A DNA stretch of 64,000 bases from the NCBI GenBank assembly GCA_038891615.1, contig JAWADY010000002.1, forward strand, positions 1 through 64,000, in the 5' to 3' direction. The stretch's first letter is position 1. Each line of letters starts with the position of its first letter. The notes below the pieces were generated by a model. The model had not been told where the DNA came from and made no database searches. It saw only the letters and a program-made list of their open reading frames with translations. Positions 30,114-39,390 of the stretch are shown here, in pieces. Source of the DNA: Candidatus Woesearchaeota archaeon. GTDB lineage: Archaea; Nanobdellota; Nanobdellia; Woesearchaeales; ARS49. A program made the position numbers and the translations under genes.

Positions 30114-31004
30114 ATGGATAATCGTGAAAAGATTCTTTCTTTCATAAGATTGTCAGGACCCGTTCTACCTGTGGCTATCGCAAAAGAACTTAAGACAAAC
30201 ATTCTTTTTGCTTCCGCGATGCTGTCAGAGCTAGTTCAGAATGGTCACCTGAAGGCATCCAATCTAAAAATCGGAGGCTCTCCACTATATTATTTGCCAG
30301 GTCAGGAAGTTGCACTAGAAAAATTTGTTGGCAACCTTCATGAAAAAGATAGGAAAACTTTTGAGCTTTTACGCGAAAAAAAAGTTCTTCGAGACTCTGC
30401 CCTCGATCCATTAACAAGGGTTTCTTTAAGGCGCCTTAAGGACTTTGCAGTCCCGCTTAGCGTCACCGTTGGAGCACAGACAGAACTCTTTTGGAAGCTG
30501 TCAACGCTTACAAACGAAGAAGCGGAAGGGATTATTAGGTCAGTGCTCGAGGCTCAGCTTGCAGCTGAAGGGCCTAACAAGGTAGCCGAAGGTGGCTCTC
30601 AGCAAAGCCTACCAGAACTCGAAGATGTAGGACAGAGTGTTGAAACGACTCTCACAGAACGCGAGGCTAAAAGGCCCGCCTCGACAAAGACCGCTACAGA
30701 TTTTCTTGGGGCTGTTTTGGACTTTTTCTCTAAGCATGAGATAAAGGTTCTTGAGCAAAGATGCATAAAAAAGAATACTGAGTATGATTTTATCATTGAG
30801 TTGCCAAGCCCTTTAGGAAAGCTAACTTATTATTGTAAAGCAAAGTCAAAGTCTAGGATTGCAGAAGCAGATCTTGCTGCTGCATTTGTGCAAGGCCAAC
30901 TTAAAAAACTTCCAATCATTCTTCTTGCAAACGGCAGTCCATCGAAGAAGGTTGCACAGGCGCTTGAAAAGGACTTCAAAGGAATGCTTGTGAAAAAACT
31001 TTAG
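30114..31004 (+). CDS. Conserved hypothetical protein (N-terminal winged-helix-like, C-terminal restriction-endonuclease-like fold)
   Basis: GPVLPVAIAKEL...ASAMLSEL..GGSPLYYLPGQE; C-terminal EYDFII...YYCKAKSK. Confidence 0.7.
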   Translation: MDNREKILSFIRLSGPVLPVAIAKELKTNILFASAMLSELVQNGHLKASNLKIGGSPLYYLPGQEVALEKFVGNLHEKDRKTFELLREKKVLRDSALDPLTRVSLRRLKDFAVPLSVTVGAQTELFWKLSTLTNEEAEGIIRSVLEAQLAAEGPNKVAEGGSQQSLPELEDVGQSVETTLTEREAKRPASTKTATDFLGAVLDFFSKHEIKVLEQRCIKKNTEYDFIIELPSPLGKLTYYCKAKSKSRIAEADLAAAFVQGQLKKLPIILLANGSPSKKVAQALEKDFKGMLVKKL

Positions 31005-31016
31005 CAATAAATTCAA

Positions 31017-32027
31017 ATGGGTGTAAAAATTTTTGAACTTGTGCCATCAAAAAACATCGAGCTTTCTGAGCTGTCTGGAAAGACTATAGCAATCGACGCT
31101 CCCATGTTTCTTTATCAGTTTCTAACCTCAATACGCAAACCGGACGGAAGCCCTCTCACAGATTCGAAAGGTAGGATAACCTCTCATCTCGTAGGGCTTT
31201 TTAGTCGAGCAGCAAAATTTGTTCAGCTAGGCATCAAGACAGTTTTTGTTTTTGATGGCAAGCCACATTCCCTAAAAGCAGCTGAAATTGCCAAAAGAGC
31301 AGAAGCAAAAGCAGAAGCCATGCTAAAGTTCGAATTTGCAAGGGCAAAGGGGCACATCGAAGAAATGGCAAAGTTCGCTCCACGCACAACGAGACTAAGC
31401 CATGAAATGATTGACGAAGCCAAGAAACTTCTTAACGCTCTAGGCATACCTGTTGTTGATGGTCTTTCTGAAGGCGAAGCCCAAGCATCATTTATGGTAA
31501 AAAGACAAGACGCCTGGGCTGTTGCTTCGCAAGATGCGGATTGCCTTGTCTTTGGAGCACCAAGGCTTATAAGGAATCTTGCAGCAAGCCCGCACAAAGG
31601 AAGAGACCAGCCCCAGATTGTTCTTTTGAAGGAGCTTCTTGACACGCTTGGTATTGACTTACCCCAACTCATTGCACTTGCCATGCTTGTAGGAACAGAT
31701 TACAATCCTGGAGGAATAAAAGGCATTGGGCCAAAAAAAGCACTGCAACTTGTAAAAAAGTTTGGTCACGATTTTGTAGGACTTTTCGATAGCGTTCGCT
31801 GGAGCGATTTTTTCAATTTTGACTGGAAGAAAGTTTTTGAGCTGTTTGAGAGTCCCGAAGTTAATACAGATTACAATCTAAGTTGGGCGAGCCTTGATAG
31901 GAAAGCTGTTTTAAAACTGCTTGTCGATGAGCATGACTTTTCACAAGAGAGAGTTCTTAGCGTTCTTGACGAGCTTGAGGTGGCCCAAGCAAAGATGGCT
32001 CAACGCAAGCTTAAAGATTTTGGGTGA
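31017..32027 (+). CDS. fen: Flap endonuclease 1
   Basis: MGV, AIDA..YQFL.SIR, VFDG, EGEAQ, SQDAD, GTDYNPGGIKGIGPK, C-terminal PIP-like QRKLKDF. Confidence 0.96.
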   Translation: MGVKIFELVPSKNIELSELSGKTIAIDAPMFLYQFLTSIRKPDGSPLTDSKGRITSHLVGLFSRAAKFVQLGIKTVFVFDGKPHSLKAAEIAKRAEAKAEAMLKFEFARAKGHIEEMAKFAPRTTRLSHEMIDEAKKLLNALGIPVVDGLSEGEAQASFMVKRQDAWAVASQDADCLVFGAPRLIRNLAASPHKGRDQPQIVLLKELLDTLGIDLPQLIALAMLVGTDYNPGGIKGIGPKKALQLVKKFGHDFVGLFDSVRWSDFFNFDWKKVFELFESPEVNTDYNLSWASLDRKAVLKLLVDEHDFSQERVLSVLDELEVAQAKMAQRKLKDFG

Positions 32028-32031
32028 AAGA

Positions 32032-32829
32032 ATGTTAAGCAAATCTGCAAGTCAAACAAAACTAGCATCCTTTGAAATAGTCGGCACAATAGCAATCGTT
32101 GAAATTCCTCGAGGGTTTGGCAAGTATGCAAAGACTATTGCCAAAAGGTTAATGCTCCAAAATCCCCGCATCACCACTGTTGTCAAAAAAATTGGAGGAA
32201 GAAGAGGGACCTTTAGACTTCAAAAAGTCAGGATTTTAGCCGGCAGACGCACAACCTTAACAGAGGCAAAAGAGTCGGGCCTTAGAATGCTTGTTGATGT
32301 TGCAAAGGTATACTTTAGTCCAAGACTTGCTAACGAGAGGCTGCGGATTGCAAGAGCAGTAAAACCAGGTGAGCATGTTCTTGTAATGTTTTCTGGGGTA
32401 GCTCCATATCCCTTAGTCATCGCGCGATACTCCAGAGCAGAACGGGTTTATGGCATTGAAATAAATCCTGTTGCGCATGCGCTTGCTGTTCAAAATGTCG
32501 CGCTGAACAAACTTGGACACAAGATTGTGCTCTTTAAAGGAGATGTAAGAAAGATTATCCCACAACTCTGGCGCAAGTTTGATAGAATCGTGATGCCTTT
32601 GCCAAAAACAGGCAAAGGCTTTCTCAACCTTGCGCTTTTAGTCGCAAAAAAAGGTGCAACAATTCATTACTATACCTTTGCGCATGAGAATGAACTTTCA
32701 GCTGTTGCTGGAGATGTCGAAAAGGTATGTGCTAGCTTGAAAAAGAGGTGTAAGATCTTGCAAATAGTTCGAGCAGGCCAGCATAGTCCAAGAGTTTGGA
32801 GGATTTGTGTTGACTTTAAAGTTTATTGA
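32032..32829 (+). CDS. trm5: Trm5/Tyw2-family tRNA methyltransferase
   Basis: FEIVGTIAI, KVYFSPRL..ER, VMFSGV.PY, EINP, FDRIVMPLP, IHYY. Confidence 0.85.
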   Translation: MLSKSASQTKLASFEIVGTIAIVEIPRGFGKYAKTIAKRLMLQNPRITTVVKKIGGRRGTFRLQKVRILAGRRTTLTEAKESGLRMLVDVAKVYFSPRLANERLRIARAVKPGEHVLVMFSGVAPYPLVIARYSRAERVYGIEINPVAHALAVQNVALNKLGHKIVLFKGDVRKIIPQLWRKFDRIVMPLPKTGKGFLNLALLVAKKGATIHYYTFAHENELSAVAGDVEKVCASLKKRCKILQIVRAGQHSPRVWRICVDFKVY

Positions 32830-32837
32830 GCTAAACC

Positions 32838-33854
32838 TTATGGTAGGAATGTTTGCCCAAGCTCCTCAAGCACTTGTTTATTTTGCTCAAACCACTTTCT
32901 TGCCTTTGAGAAAAGTTTTGTAAGAGCGTCCGCAACACCTTTTTTTAGATCAGCTGGATGAAGCTTTTTTTCAACAAAAGCCTGTTCAAGTTCAGCATAA
33001 CTTTCAAACTCAGCCCTTCCACCAAACCTCTCTTGCCTTTCGATTGTTAGCCTTCCAACGATAGGAAAAATGATGTGCCTGCATATCTGGAGGACTGGAT
33101 TGTTTGCAATCTCTCCTGCCGGACAATATGCTGCGCTCAATTTCGCAGCAATCTGCTCTTCGCTATCATAGATTTTTATGTGCGAGGCTGGAATTGATGC
33201 TGACATCTTTGTTCCAGGCCCCTTTAAGGAAAGTACTAGGGGAGTCATTATTTCAACCCTTTTCTTGTAACCAAGCTTTGGAAGCCACTCACGAGCATAA
33301 GCAAAGATGTGTCTTTGGTCAAGCCCTCCTAATTGCATGTCAACTCCCAGATATTCCTCATCAAGGGCTTGCATTATTGGATATATCAGCTCAGAAACCT
33401 TTGGGCTTTTCATCCTCGTAACCTCTGAAGCAGCTCTTTTTGCACGCTCGACGGTGGTTAGTGTTGAGAGCTTAAGCACATCAAGGGAGTATGCCTTTTC
33501 AAGCTGAAAGCTTGAGCCTATGACAAAATTTGGAGTCTCTTGCCAAGGGAGTGCAAGTTCTATGCATTTTTTGTAGTATGCCGTCCTTTTCTCAGTTTCC
33601 TCCCAGGGTGTCTTTAGGTCATCCAGCGCCGCATGAATGTCAGCAAGTAGGATTTTTGTTTTTATTCCAGCTGACATAAAATCAAAAAGTTTCGAAAGAG
33701 GCACAAGATAGCCAATGTGAAAAGGACCTGTTGGCGCTGTTCCATAATACGCAAAAAGCCTTTTCTTTTCTCTTAGAAGGCTTACAAGCTCCTGCTCTGT
33801 CAATATTTCCGCAACATTCCGCTTGATTAGCTCAAGCCTTTTTTCAACATCCAT
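32838..33854 (-). CDS. tyrS: Tyrosyl-tRNA synthetase
   Basis: GTAPTGPFHIGY, LADIHA, YPIMQALD, GGLDQR, KMSAS, LHPADLK. Confidence 0.95.
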   Translation of the reverse strand: MDVEKRLELIKRNVAEILTEQELVSLLREKKRLFAYYGTAPTGPFHIGYLVPLSKLFDFMSAGIKTKILLADIHAALDDLKTPWEETEKRTAYYKKCIELALPWQETPNFVIGSSFQLEKAYSLDVLKLSTLTTVERAKRAASEVTRMKSPKVSELIYPIMQALDEEYLGVDMQLGGLDQRHIFAYAREWLPKLGYKKRVEIMTPLVLSLKGPGTKMSASIPASHIKIYDSEEQIAAKLSAAYCPAGEIANNPVLQICRHIIFPIVGRLTIERQERFGGRAEFESYAELEQAFVEKKLHPADLKKGVADALTKLFSKARKWFEQNKQVLEELGQTFLP

Positions 33855-33901
33855 TCCCTTAAGCAGCTCTGTGCTTTATTTAAAACTTTTCAGCAATTTT
33901 A

Positions 33902-34033
33902 GGCTGTTAACTTATTGTAGATAATTAGTTTTCTACTTAAAAGAAGACCTCATTAAAGTCTTAATGGCAATAGTGTTTGTAATAAAAAGGAAGATTTAAT
34001 GTTTAAGGCAGCAACATTAAGTTAACAGAACCC
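33902..34033. mobile_element. MITE-like internally deleted IS remnant (left island boundary)
   Basis: CTGTTAACTTA at 33904 is inverted relative to TAAGTTAACAG at 34018-34028; the same end sequences recur at 41048-41091. Confidence 0.6.
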
Positions 34034-34056
34034 TAAAAGGTGACTCCGCAGCAATT

Positions 34057-34542
34057 TCACTTAACGCTGGACGCATTTTCAAACTTCCCGTGGCATCTCT
34101 TATATTTCTTACCGCTCCCGCAGGGGCACGGTTGATTTCTCGCAATCCACCAATGGAATTGGGTTATCATCACCAAAAGGGTTGCTTTTCTTATCTTCTG
34201 GGACTGCATCCATATCTACGGTACCTACGACTCTAAATTTAAGTGATGGTTTTTTTCACGAATCAAAGACACCAAACCACCAAATGCATCTTGAGCACTA
34301 GATACTAATTCAACAAATTCATCCATATCCAAAACAACTATGGGGAAGTGGGGGCAAAAATAGCCGCCATCATTTCCAGTTACAAATGGCTTGGCATCTT
34401 TTTTCGTTTTTACAAACAATAAATACGATTTATACTCCTTTTGCAACAATGAGTTACATTTGGGACATCTCTTACTATCTTTTATATCAGATAACCAATA
34501 CATTTCACGAGGTATTGACAATTTATATCTTTCAGTTCTCAT
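34057..34542 (-). pseudogene. Frameshifted SEC-C motif protein (gene-cassette ORF)
   Basis: ORF 34225-34542 (CPKC...GGYFCP) continues in other frames as [24 protein letters not shown] and [18 protein letters not shown]; AAGGGGA SD right after the attC-like site. Confidence 0.7.
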
Positions 34543-34566
34543 TCATATCCCCTTGTTGCGTCTTGC

Positions 34567-34653
34567 GTATAACGTATGCGATTAAGAGAAGTTTTTGCGA
34601 AGCAAAAATTTTGGGAAAATTTGCAGGATTTTCCCTCCTAATCACTGTTAGCG
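34567..34653 (-). repeat. attC-like integron cassette recombination site
   Basis: On the minus strand: CGCTAAC...GATTAGGAG...CTCTTAATC...GTTATAC. It is an imperfect palindrome with two internal hairpins and is followed directly by the next ORF. Confidence 0.7.
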
Positions 34654-34679
34654 TCCTGAATGAAGTGAAAGCCCGTACA

Positions 34680-35155
34680 TCCACCCCATATAGAATTGGA
34701 AAGTCAAAACCTCTTGTGTTAAAGAGTATTATTTCTTTTAATTTTTCTATCTCATCATTAGAATATCCAAATTCTCCACCAAAAATAAGACCTTTTATTT
34801 TTTTAAATATGCCTAATAGTCTTAAATCGGCTAAAAAACCATCTATATTTGATAAAGATCTTCTTTAAAAAAGATTCCCCTTCAGGAGTTTCTAAAAAAA
34901 GAATTTTTCCTGAAAAATCAGGCCAATATTCAGTTCCTTTCGTATGCATAATTGAAGTAATACATCCGCCAATAATTTTTCCCATAGCATTCCCTTCTCT
35001 TAACCACTCATAACCTTTATTTTTTTATATTCTCTTTTTAATTGTAAATCCTCTTTTTTAACCAGTTTGCTTTTTTGCAATCAGTCCATTTTTCTGATGG
35101 TAAAACCTTGCCGATAGGTAAATTAGAACAAATACAATTAATAAATTTTTCATAC
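34680..35155 (-). pseudogene. Fragmented MccF-like S66 LD-carboxypeptidase (C-terminal half)
   Basis: Across frameshifts: EWLREGNAMGKIIGGC...PDFSGKILFLETPEG...LGIFKKIKGLIFG...FPILYGVDV, truncated before the catalytic GHT. Confidence 0.75.
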
Positions 35156-35180
35156 CAGCAGAAAATTTTCATTTATAAAT

Positions 35181-35936
35181 TCAAGAATAATTTCTACATA
35201 AAACTGCCCATTTTTGATAAGGTTCTTTTAATCCAAAATTTCTAAAAAAGATAATTTTCATATTAACTCTTTTAGCTAAGTTTTTTAGTAATTCTTTGGA
35301 AAAAGTTAAATACAGTGCTTCGCTACCTAATCTCATTTTATTATTTTCATCATAAAATGTAATTTTAAAATATCTTTTTCTATTAATTTTATATGTAGTA
35401 ACGTTAAAAGACCATTTATTTTGTAAATATCTTTTTTGAGATTGGCCGTCTTTGTAAGTTTTTGAATAATCTCGTTCATCAATCCAGCTAAAAATAATGA
35501 TCCCTTTTTCTTTCAGATTTTTTTTAATTTTATTCAAAAATCGTTGCAAAATTTTAATATTTGGAAACGTTTGGATTAAAAAAGTGGAAATGTAGATTAT
35601 ATTAAATTTCTTTTTAAGATTTAACTTTTTAATATCTTTTGAGATAAATTTTGCATTTTTAATTTTTTTATTTCTTGCAATCTTTATTAGTTTTTTTGAT
35701 ATATCAACACCAAATAATGCCTTGAAATCTTTGAGATATAAAAATAGATTTCCTGTACCACATCCTATATCTAATAAAGAAGTTTTATACGGACTGATCT
35801 TACTTTTGTTCAAAAGTTTTTTAATAAATTTTGCTTCTCCTTCATAGTCATTCAAAAAGAAATAAGTAATGTCATAATAATTTTTATCTCCAAAGAATCT
35901 AAATTTTGTTTCTTCAACATTTTTTAGTTTTTTCAT
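35181..35936 (-). CDS. Class I SAM-dependent methyltransferase
   Basis: YYD...DYEGEAKF, LLDIGCGTG, GVDIS, LKEKGIIIF. Confidence 0.85.
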   Translation of the reverse strand: MKKLKNVEETKFRFFGDKNYYDITYFFLNDYEGEAKFIKKLLNKSKISPYKTSLLDIGCGTGNLFLYLKDFKALFGVDISKKLIKIARNKKIKNAKFISKDIKKLNLKKKFNIIYISTFLIQTFPNIKILQRFLNKIKKNLKEKGIIIFSWIDERDYSKTYKDGQSQKRYLQNKWSFNVTTYKINRKRYFKITFYDENNKMRLGSEALYLTFSKELLKNLAKRVNMKIIFFRNFGLKEPYQKWAVLCRNYS

Positions 35937-36471
35937 ATTTCTCTTTAAGTAAACTTAGAATAATCTCATCATAAAATTTTCCTCTTAAATAATGATGTTT
36001 AGGATTTATTCCATCTACATTAAACTTAAATTTACTTAAAAGTTTAAGCGATTTTTTATTTTCAGCTATAACTTTTGTAAATATCTTTTTTAGATTTAAT
36101 TCGTTAAATCCAAAGAGTAGTACTCTTTCTACCGCTTCACTCATTATCCCTCTATTCCAATATTTTCTATTCAAAAGATAGGCCAAACCTGCTCTTTGGT
36201 TTATTCTATCTATCTCATATAAACTTATAGTTCCAATCAATTTCTTATTAAAAATTATGCCAAAATCATATGCCTTTCCTTTTTTAAAATTACGAATAGA
36301 TTCTTTTATGTAATCGTTAGCGTTATCAAGGGTATAGGGCCAAGGAATAGATGGAAGCCATTTTATCACTTCTTTAGTAATATTTTTCTTTATGCTTATA
36401 GAGTCTTCTTTTCTTAAGTTCCTAAGAAACAATCTTTTTGTTTTTAATAATATAAGATTATTCCGTTGCAT
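35914..36471 (-). CDS. RimJ/RimL-type GNAT N-acetyltransferase
   Basis: TKRLFLR, PWPYT, LIGTI, YWNRGIMSEA, N..S..LL.K..F. Confidence 0.88.
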   Translation of the reverse strand: MQRNNLILLKTKRLFLRNLRKEDSISIKKNITKEVIKWLPSIPWPYTLDNANDYIKESIRNFKKGKAYDFGIIFNKKLIGTISLYEIDRINQRAGLAYLLNRKYWNRGIMSEAVERVLLFGFNELNLKKIFTKVIAENKKSLKLLSKFKFNVDGINPKHHYLRGKFYDEIILSLLKEKYEKTKKC

Positions 36472-37465
36472 TTTCCAATATTTCTATAATCTTTTTTTCT
36501 GAATTTATTCTTGTTTTGACCCCTATCGGGAGAGTAATCATTGGCGATGTGTGTCCTATATCTACGTCCATTATAATCGGGATTTTATATTTTTCTCCGA
36601 AATCTTTTAATATATCAAATAATTCTCCTTCAGGAGAATCAATTTTTAGATTGAATGGTCTTCCGTATATTAAACCTTTTATTTTATTGAAGACTCCTAC
36701 TTGTTCTAAATGTACAAGATTTCTTTCAGTAGAAGAAGTTGATTCTCCTTCATCTTCTAAAAATAGTATTGCATTAGAAAAATCAGGAAAAAATTCTGTG
36801 CCAGTCATTGCACAAATAGTATTTAAATTTCCTCCAATTAAGACGCCCTCAGATTCTCCTTCATAAACACATTTAGGAGGGGAGGCTTTCTTCATTTTTC
36901 TTTTTCTATTATCTTCTTTTTCCCACCACAAAATTTCTTCAGTGTATTCGTCTGGGAATTCTAAAATCCCTAAAGGTCTTACTTCAAAAAGGGCTTTTTT
37001 AAACCATTTAATAGTAAATGGATCTGGGCCACCATACTCTCCAAAAGTTGGTAAAATAGTAGGTCCATTAAATGTTATTAAATTTGATTTTTGATATAAA
37101 GCTAGATTTAGCATAGTTATATCGCTAAAACCGCAAAAGATTTTTGGATTTTGTTTTATTAAATCGAAGTCCAAAAAAGGAAGCACAGAATTAGAATTCC
37201 ACCCTCCAGTTGAACATATTATTGCTTTTATCTCATCATCTTTAAAAAAATTCATAATATCTTCTGCTCTTTGTTTTGATGTCCCTCCTGTATGCCTAAA
37301 GGAAGATACTGCATATTTTCCAAGTTTTACTTTTAATCCTAACTTTTCTAAAGCAACAAGACCTCTCTGTAATCTTCTAGGAAAAGGTTTTATTGTAGAA
37401 GATGGACTAACTATCCCAATTGTGTCCCCTTCTTTTAAATGTTTTGGCTTGATTATTTTTACCAT
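36458..37465 (-). CDS. S66 peptidase, MccF (microcin C self-immunity)-like LD-carboxypeptidase
   Basis: PKHLKEGDTIGIVSPS; intact Ser-Glu-His triad motifs GFSDIT, LFLED, GHT; Trp-rich loop EILWWE. Confidence 0.9.
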   Translation of the reverse strand: MVKIIKPKHLKEGDTIGIVSPSSTIKPFPRRLQRGLVALEKLGLKVKLGKYAVSSFRHTGGTSKQRAEDIMNFFKDDEIKAIICSTGGWNSNSVLPFLDFDLIKQNPKIFCGFSDITMLNLALYQKSNLITFNGPTILPTFGEYGGPDPFTIKWFKKALFEVRPLGILEFPDEYTEEILWWEKEDNRKRKMKKASPPKCVYEGESEGVLIGGNLNTICAMTGTEFFPDFSNAILFLEDEGESTSSTERNLVHLEQVGVFNKIKGLIYGRPFNLKIDSPEGELFDILKDFGEKYKIPIIMDVDIGHTSPMITLPIGVKTRINSEKKIIEILENATE

Positions 37466-38286
37466 CTTTCTTTTGTCAAAAAAAGTTCTATCTCATCTTG
37501 TTTTTTTCTTTTTTGAAAGAGCAATATAGAAAAATTACAATATTGAAGATTTTTGTTAAATAATCTAAAAACTTCAAGAAGTTTTTTTCTAAGAATTTCT
37601 TTTTTATGAAAGTTACGAAGATGATCTTTATTTATAAGATAATTTACATAATCTTTAAGTCGTTTTTTTCTATCTAGATATATAAAATCTCTGTCATAAT
37701 ATAATTCTAAAGAAATATTTAGCTTTAGTGAGACACTTCTAAATAGATTTATCCAAAAATCTTTGTCCCAGATTTCAATCTTTGTTCCAATTACTTTTGA
37801 TATCTTCTCAACCAAAGAAATTGGAGGTTTTTTGGAATAATAGATAGGTATCGCCACTAAAGTTCCTCTTGTTTTCAAAACTCTTAAATATTCTAAAATA
37901 GCTTTCTCTTTATTTTCTAAAAAAGAAGTAACATTGCTACACCATACAATATCAAAACTTTCGTCTTTAAAAGGAAGATTTAAGGCATCGGCCACTTTAA
38001 ACCTAGTTCTTTTTTTAACACCTTGTTCTGATGCATATCTTTTTGCTTCCCTTATTGACTCTTCGTTAATATCAATTCCTACAGCTTTACATCCTGTTAA
38101 CAAAGCAAGATTTACAGACGTAAAACCAGTGTTACATCCAATTTCTAATATTTTTTTAGATTTATCTATATTGGCATATGTTGCAACATAATTAATAGTA
38201 CGTATTCCTCCTGAAGGCCTATTTCTTTCTCTAGTAAGAGCCACTAATTCTGAGTAGGTCATATTATCTATTTCTTTAATATTCAT
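37459..38286 (-). CDS. Class I SAM-dependent methyltransferase
   Basis: NRPSGG, ILEIGCNTG, GIDI, ADALNLPFKDESFD, EYLRVLK. Confidence 0.87.
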   Translation of the reverse strand: MNIKEIDNMTYSELVALTRERNRPSGGIRTINYVATYANIDKSKKILEIGCNTGFTSVNLALLTGCKAVGIDINEESIREAKRYASEQGVKKRTRFKVADALNLPFKDESFDIVWCSNVTSFLENKEKAILEYLRVLKTRGTLVAIPIYYSKKPPISLVEKISKVIGTKIEIWDKDFWINLFRSVSLKLNISLELYYDRDFIYLDRKKRLKDYVNYLINKDHLRNFHKKEILRKKLLEVFRLFNKNLQYCNFSILLFQKRKKQDEIELFLTKERW

Positions 38287-39388
38287 TTTTAAGAAGATCA
38301 TCCAAATTTTTATAATAAACATTTTCTCCTTTTTTTATTGTTATTCTTCCGCTCTCAACTTCTTTATCTCCTATAAGATATTTTTCGTTTACACTCCAAA
38401 AATCAGCGAAGTCTAATTTTTCTTTTAATGTTAAATTTTTTCTATCATCCAAATAAATTTTATTATAGTTTTTTCTTAAAATAGTATACACTCTATCTGC
38501 CAATTCTACTTGTTTTTTTTCATTTATCTTAATAGGTATCACTACTTTTTCGAAAGGTTTTATTTTTTCTGGAAGATTAATTCTGCTTCCTAAAAGATTC
38601 GATTTTAAAGATGCTAGTAAAATACGTTGTGTTCCAATTCCATAAGTCCCTACAATGACCTGTTTAAATTCATTAGTTGAAGAGATGTATCTTACATTAA
38701 ATTTTTTAGAATCTAAATAACGATAGGCCATTGCTAAACTTAATCCTACAATCTTTTTTCCATTATATTCAAAAACTTCCCCATTATCATAAGGAAATAT
38801 ATATTCTATCCCATTATTTTTTTCTTTTTTCACAAAAGAAACATTCATCTTTTGGAACAAGCAGTCTAATGTTTCTTCAAAAAGAGCCATGGATTCAATA
38901 AATTCTTTTTCATTTTTGTCTAAAGTTATCATTACTATTCCTCCAAATTGTTTAGTTTTGAGGGTTCCTTCTGGACGTTTTATATTTCTGAAACATTCAC
39001 TTAAAGCAAAATATCTTAATGGTAGCTGATAATGAGATAATATGTCTTTTTCAAATAGTTCTAGTAAATATTCTTCGGATGTTGCAAGAAGAACTTTATT
39101 GTTGAATTCAAATATTTGATCTGAAAAATCTTTATACTTCCCGCTTTTTAATAATAAATCTTTTTTATGGATTAAGGGTATCTGTACTTGATAAAACTCT
39201 TTTTTATTTAAATAATCAATAATTAAGTTATTGATGTTATCTAATAAAATCTTTCCAAAGGGAGAAAAGAAAAGAAATCCTGCATCTATGTAAGAAGCGA
39301 GTCCTAAATTTAAAACTAAATCTTTATCATTAACATGTTCTTGAAATTTTCTAAATTTTTCTTGAAAAATAATTTTTGATAGTCTCAT
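38276..39388 (-). CDS. Prolyl-tRNA synthetase-like paralog (class IIa catalytic plus anticodon-binding domain)
   Basis: SPFG, QIP..LLKSGK, LLATSEE, QLPLR..FRNIKRP, TYGIGTQR, PFEKVVIPI, LDDR..GDKEVE. Confidence 0.8.
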   Translation of the reverse strand: MRLSKIIFQEKFRKFQEHVNDKDLVLNLGLASYIDAGFLFFSPFGKILLDNINNLIIDYLNKKEFYQVQIPLIHKKDLLLKSGKYKDFSDQIFEFNNKVLLATSEEYLLELFEKDILSHYQLPLRYFALSECFRNIKRPEGTLKTKQFGGIVMITLDKNEKEFIESMALFEETLDCLFQKMNVSFVKKEKNNGIEYIFPYDNGEVFEYNGKKIVGLSLAMAYRYLDSKKFNVRYISSTNEFKQVIVGTYGIGTQRILLASLKSNLLGSRINLPEKIKPFEKVVIPIKINEKKQVELADRVYTILRKNYNKIYLDDRKNLTLKEKLDFADFWSVNEKYLIGDKEVESGRITIKKGENVYYKNLDDLLKNEY

Positions 39389-39390
39389 TT

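Noticed and set aside
34386-34868. 160-aa plus-strand ORF
   Set aside because: It is an antisense shadow of the S66 fragment, the attC-like site and the SEC-C gene, with no recognisable motifs.
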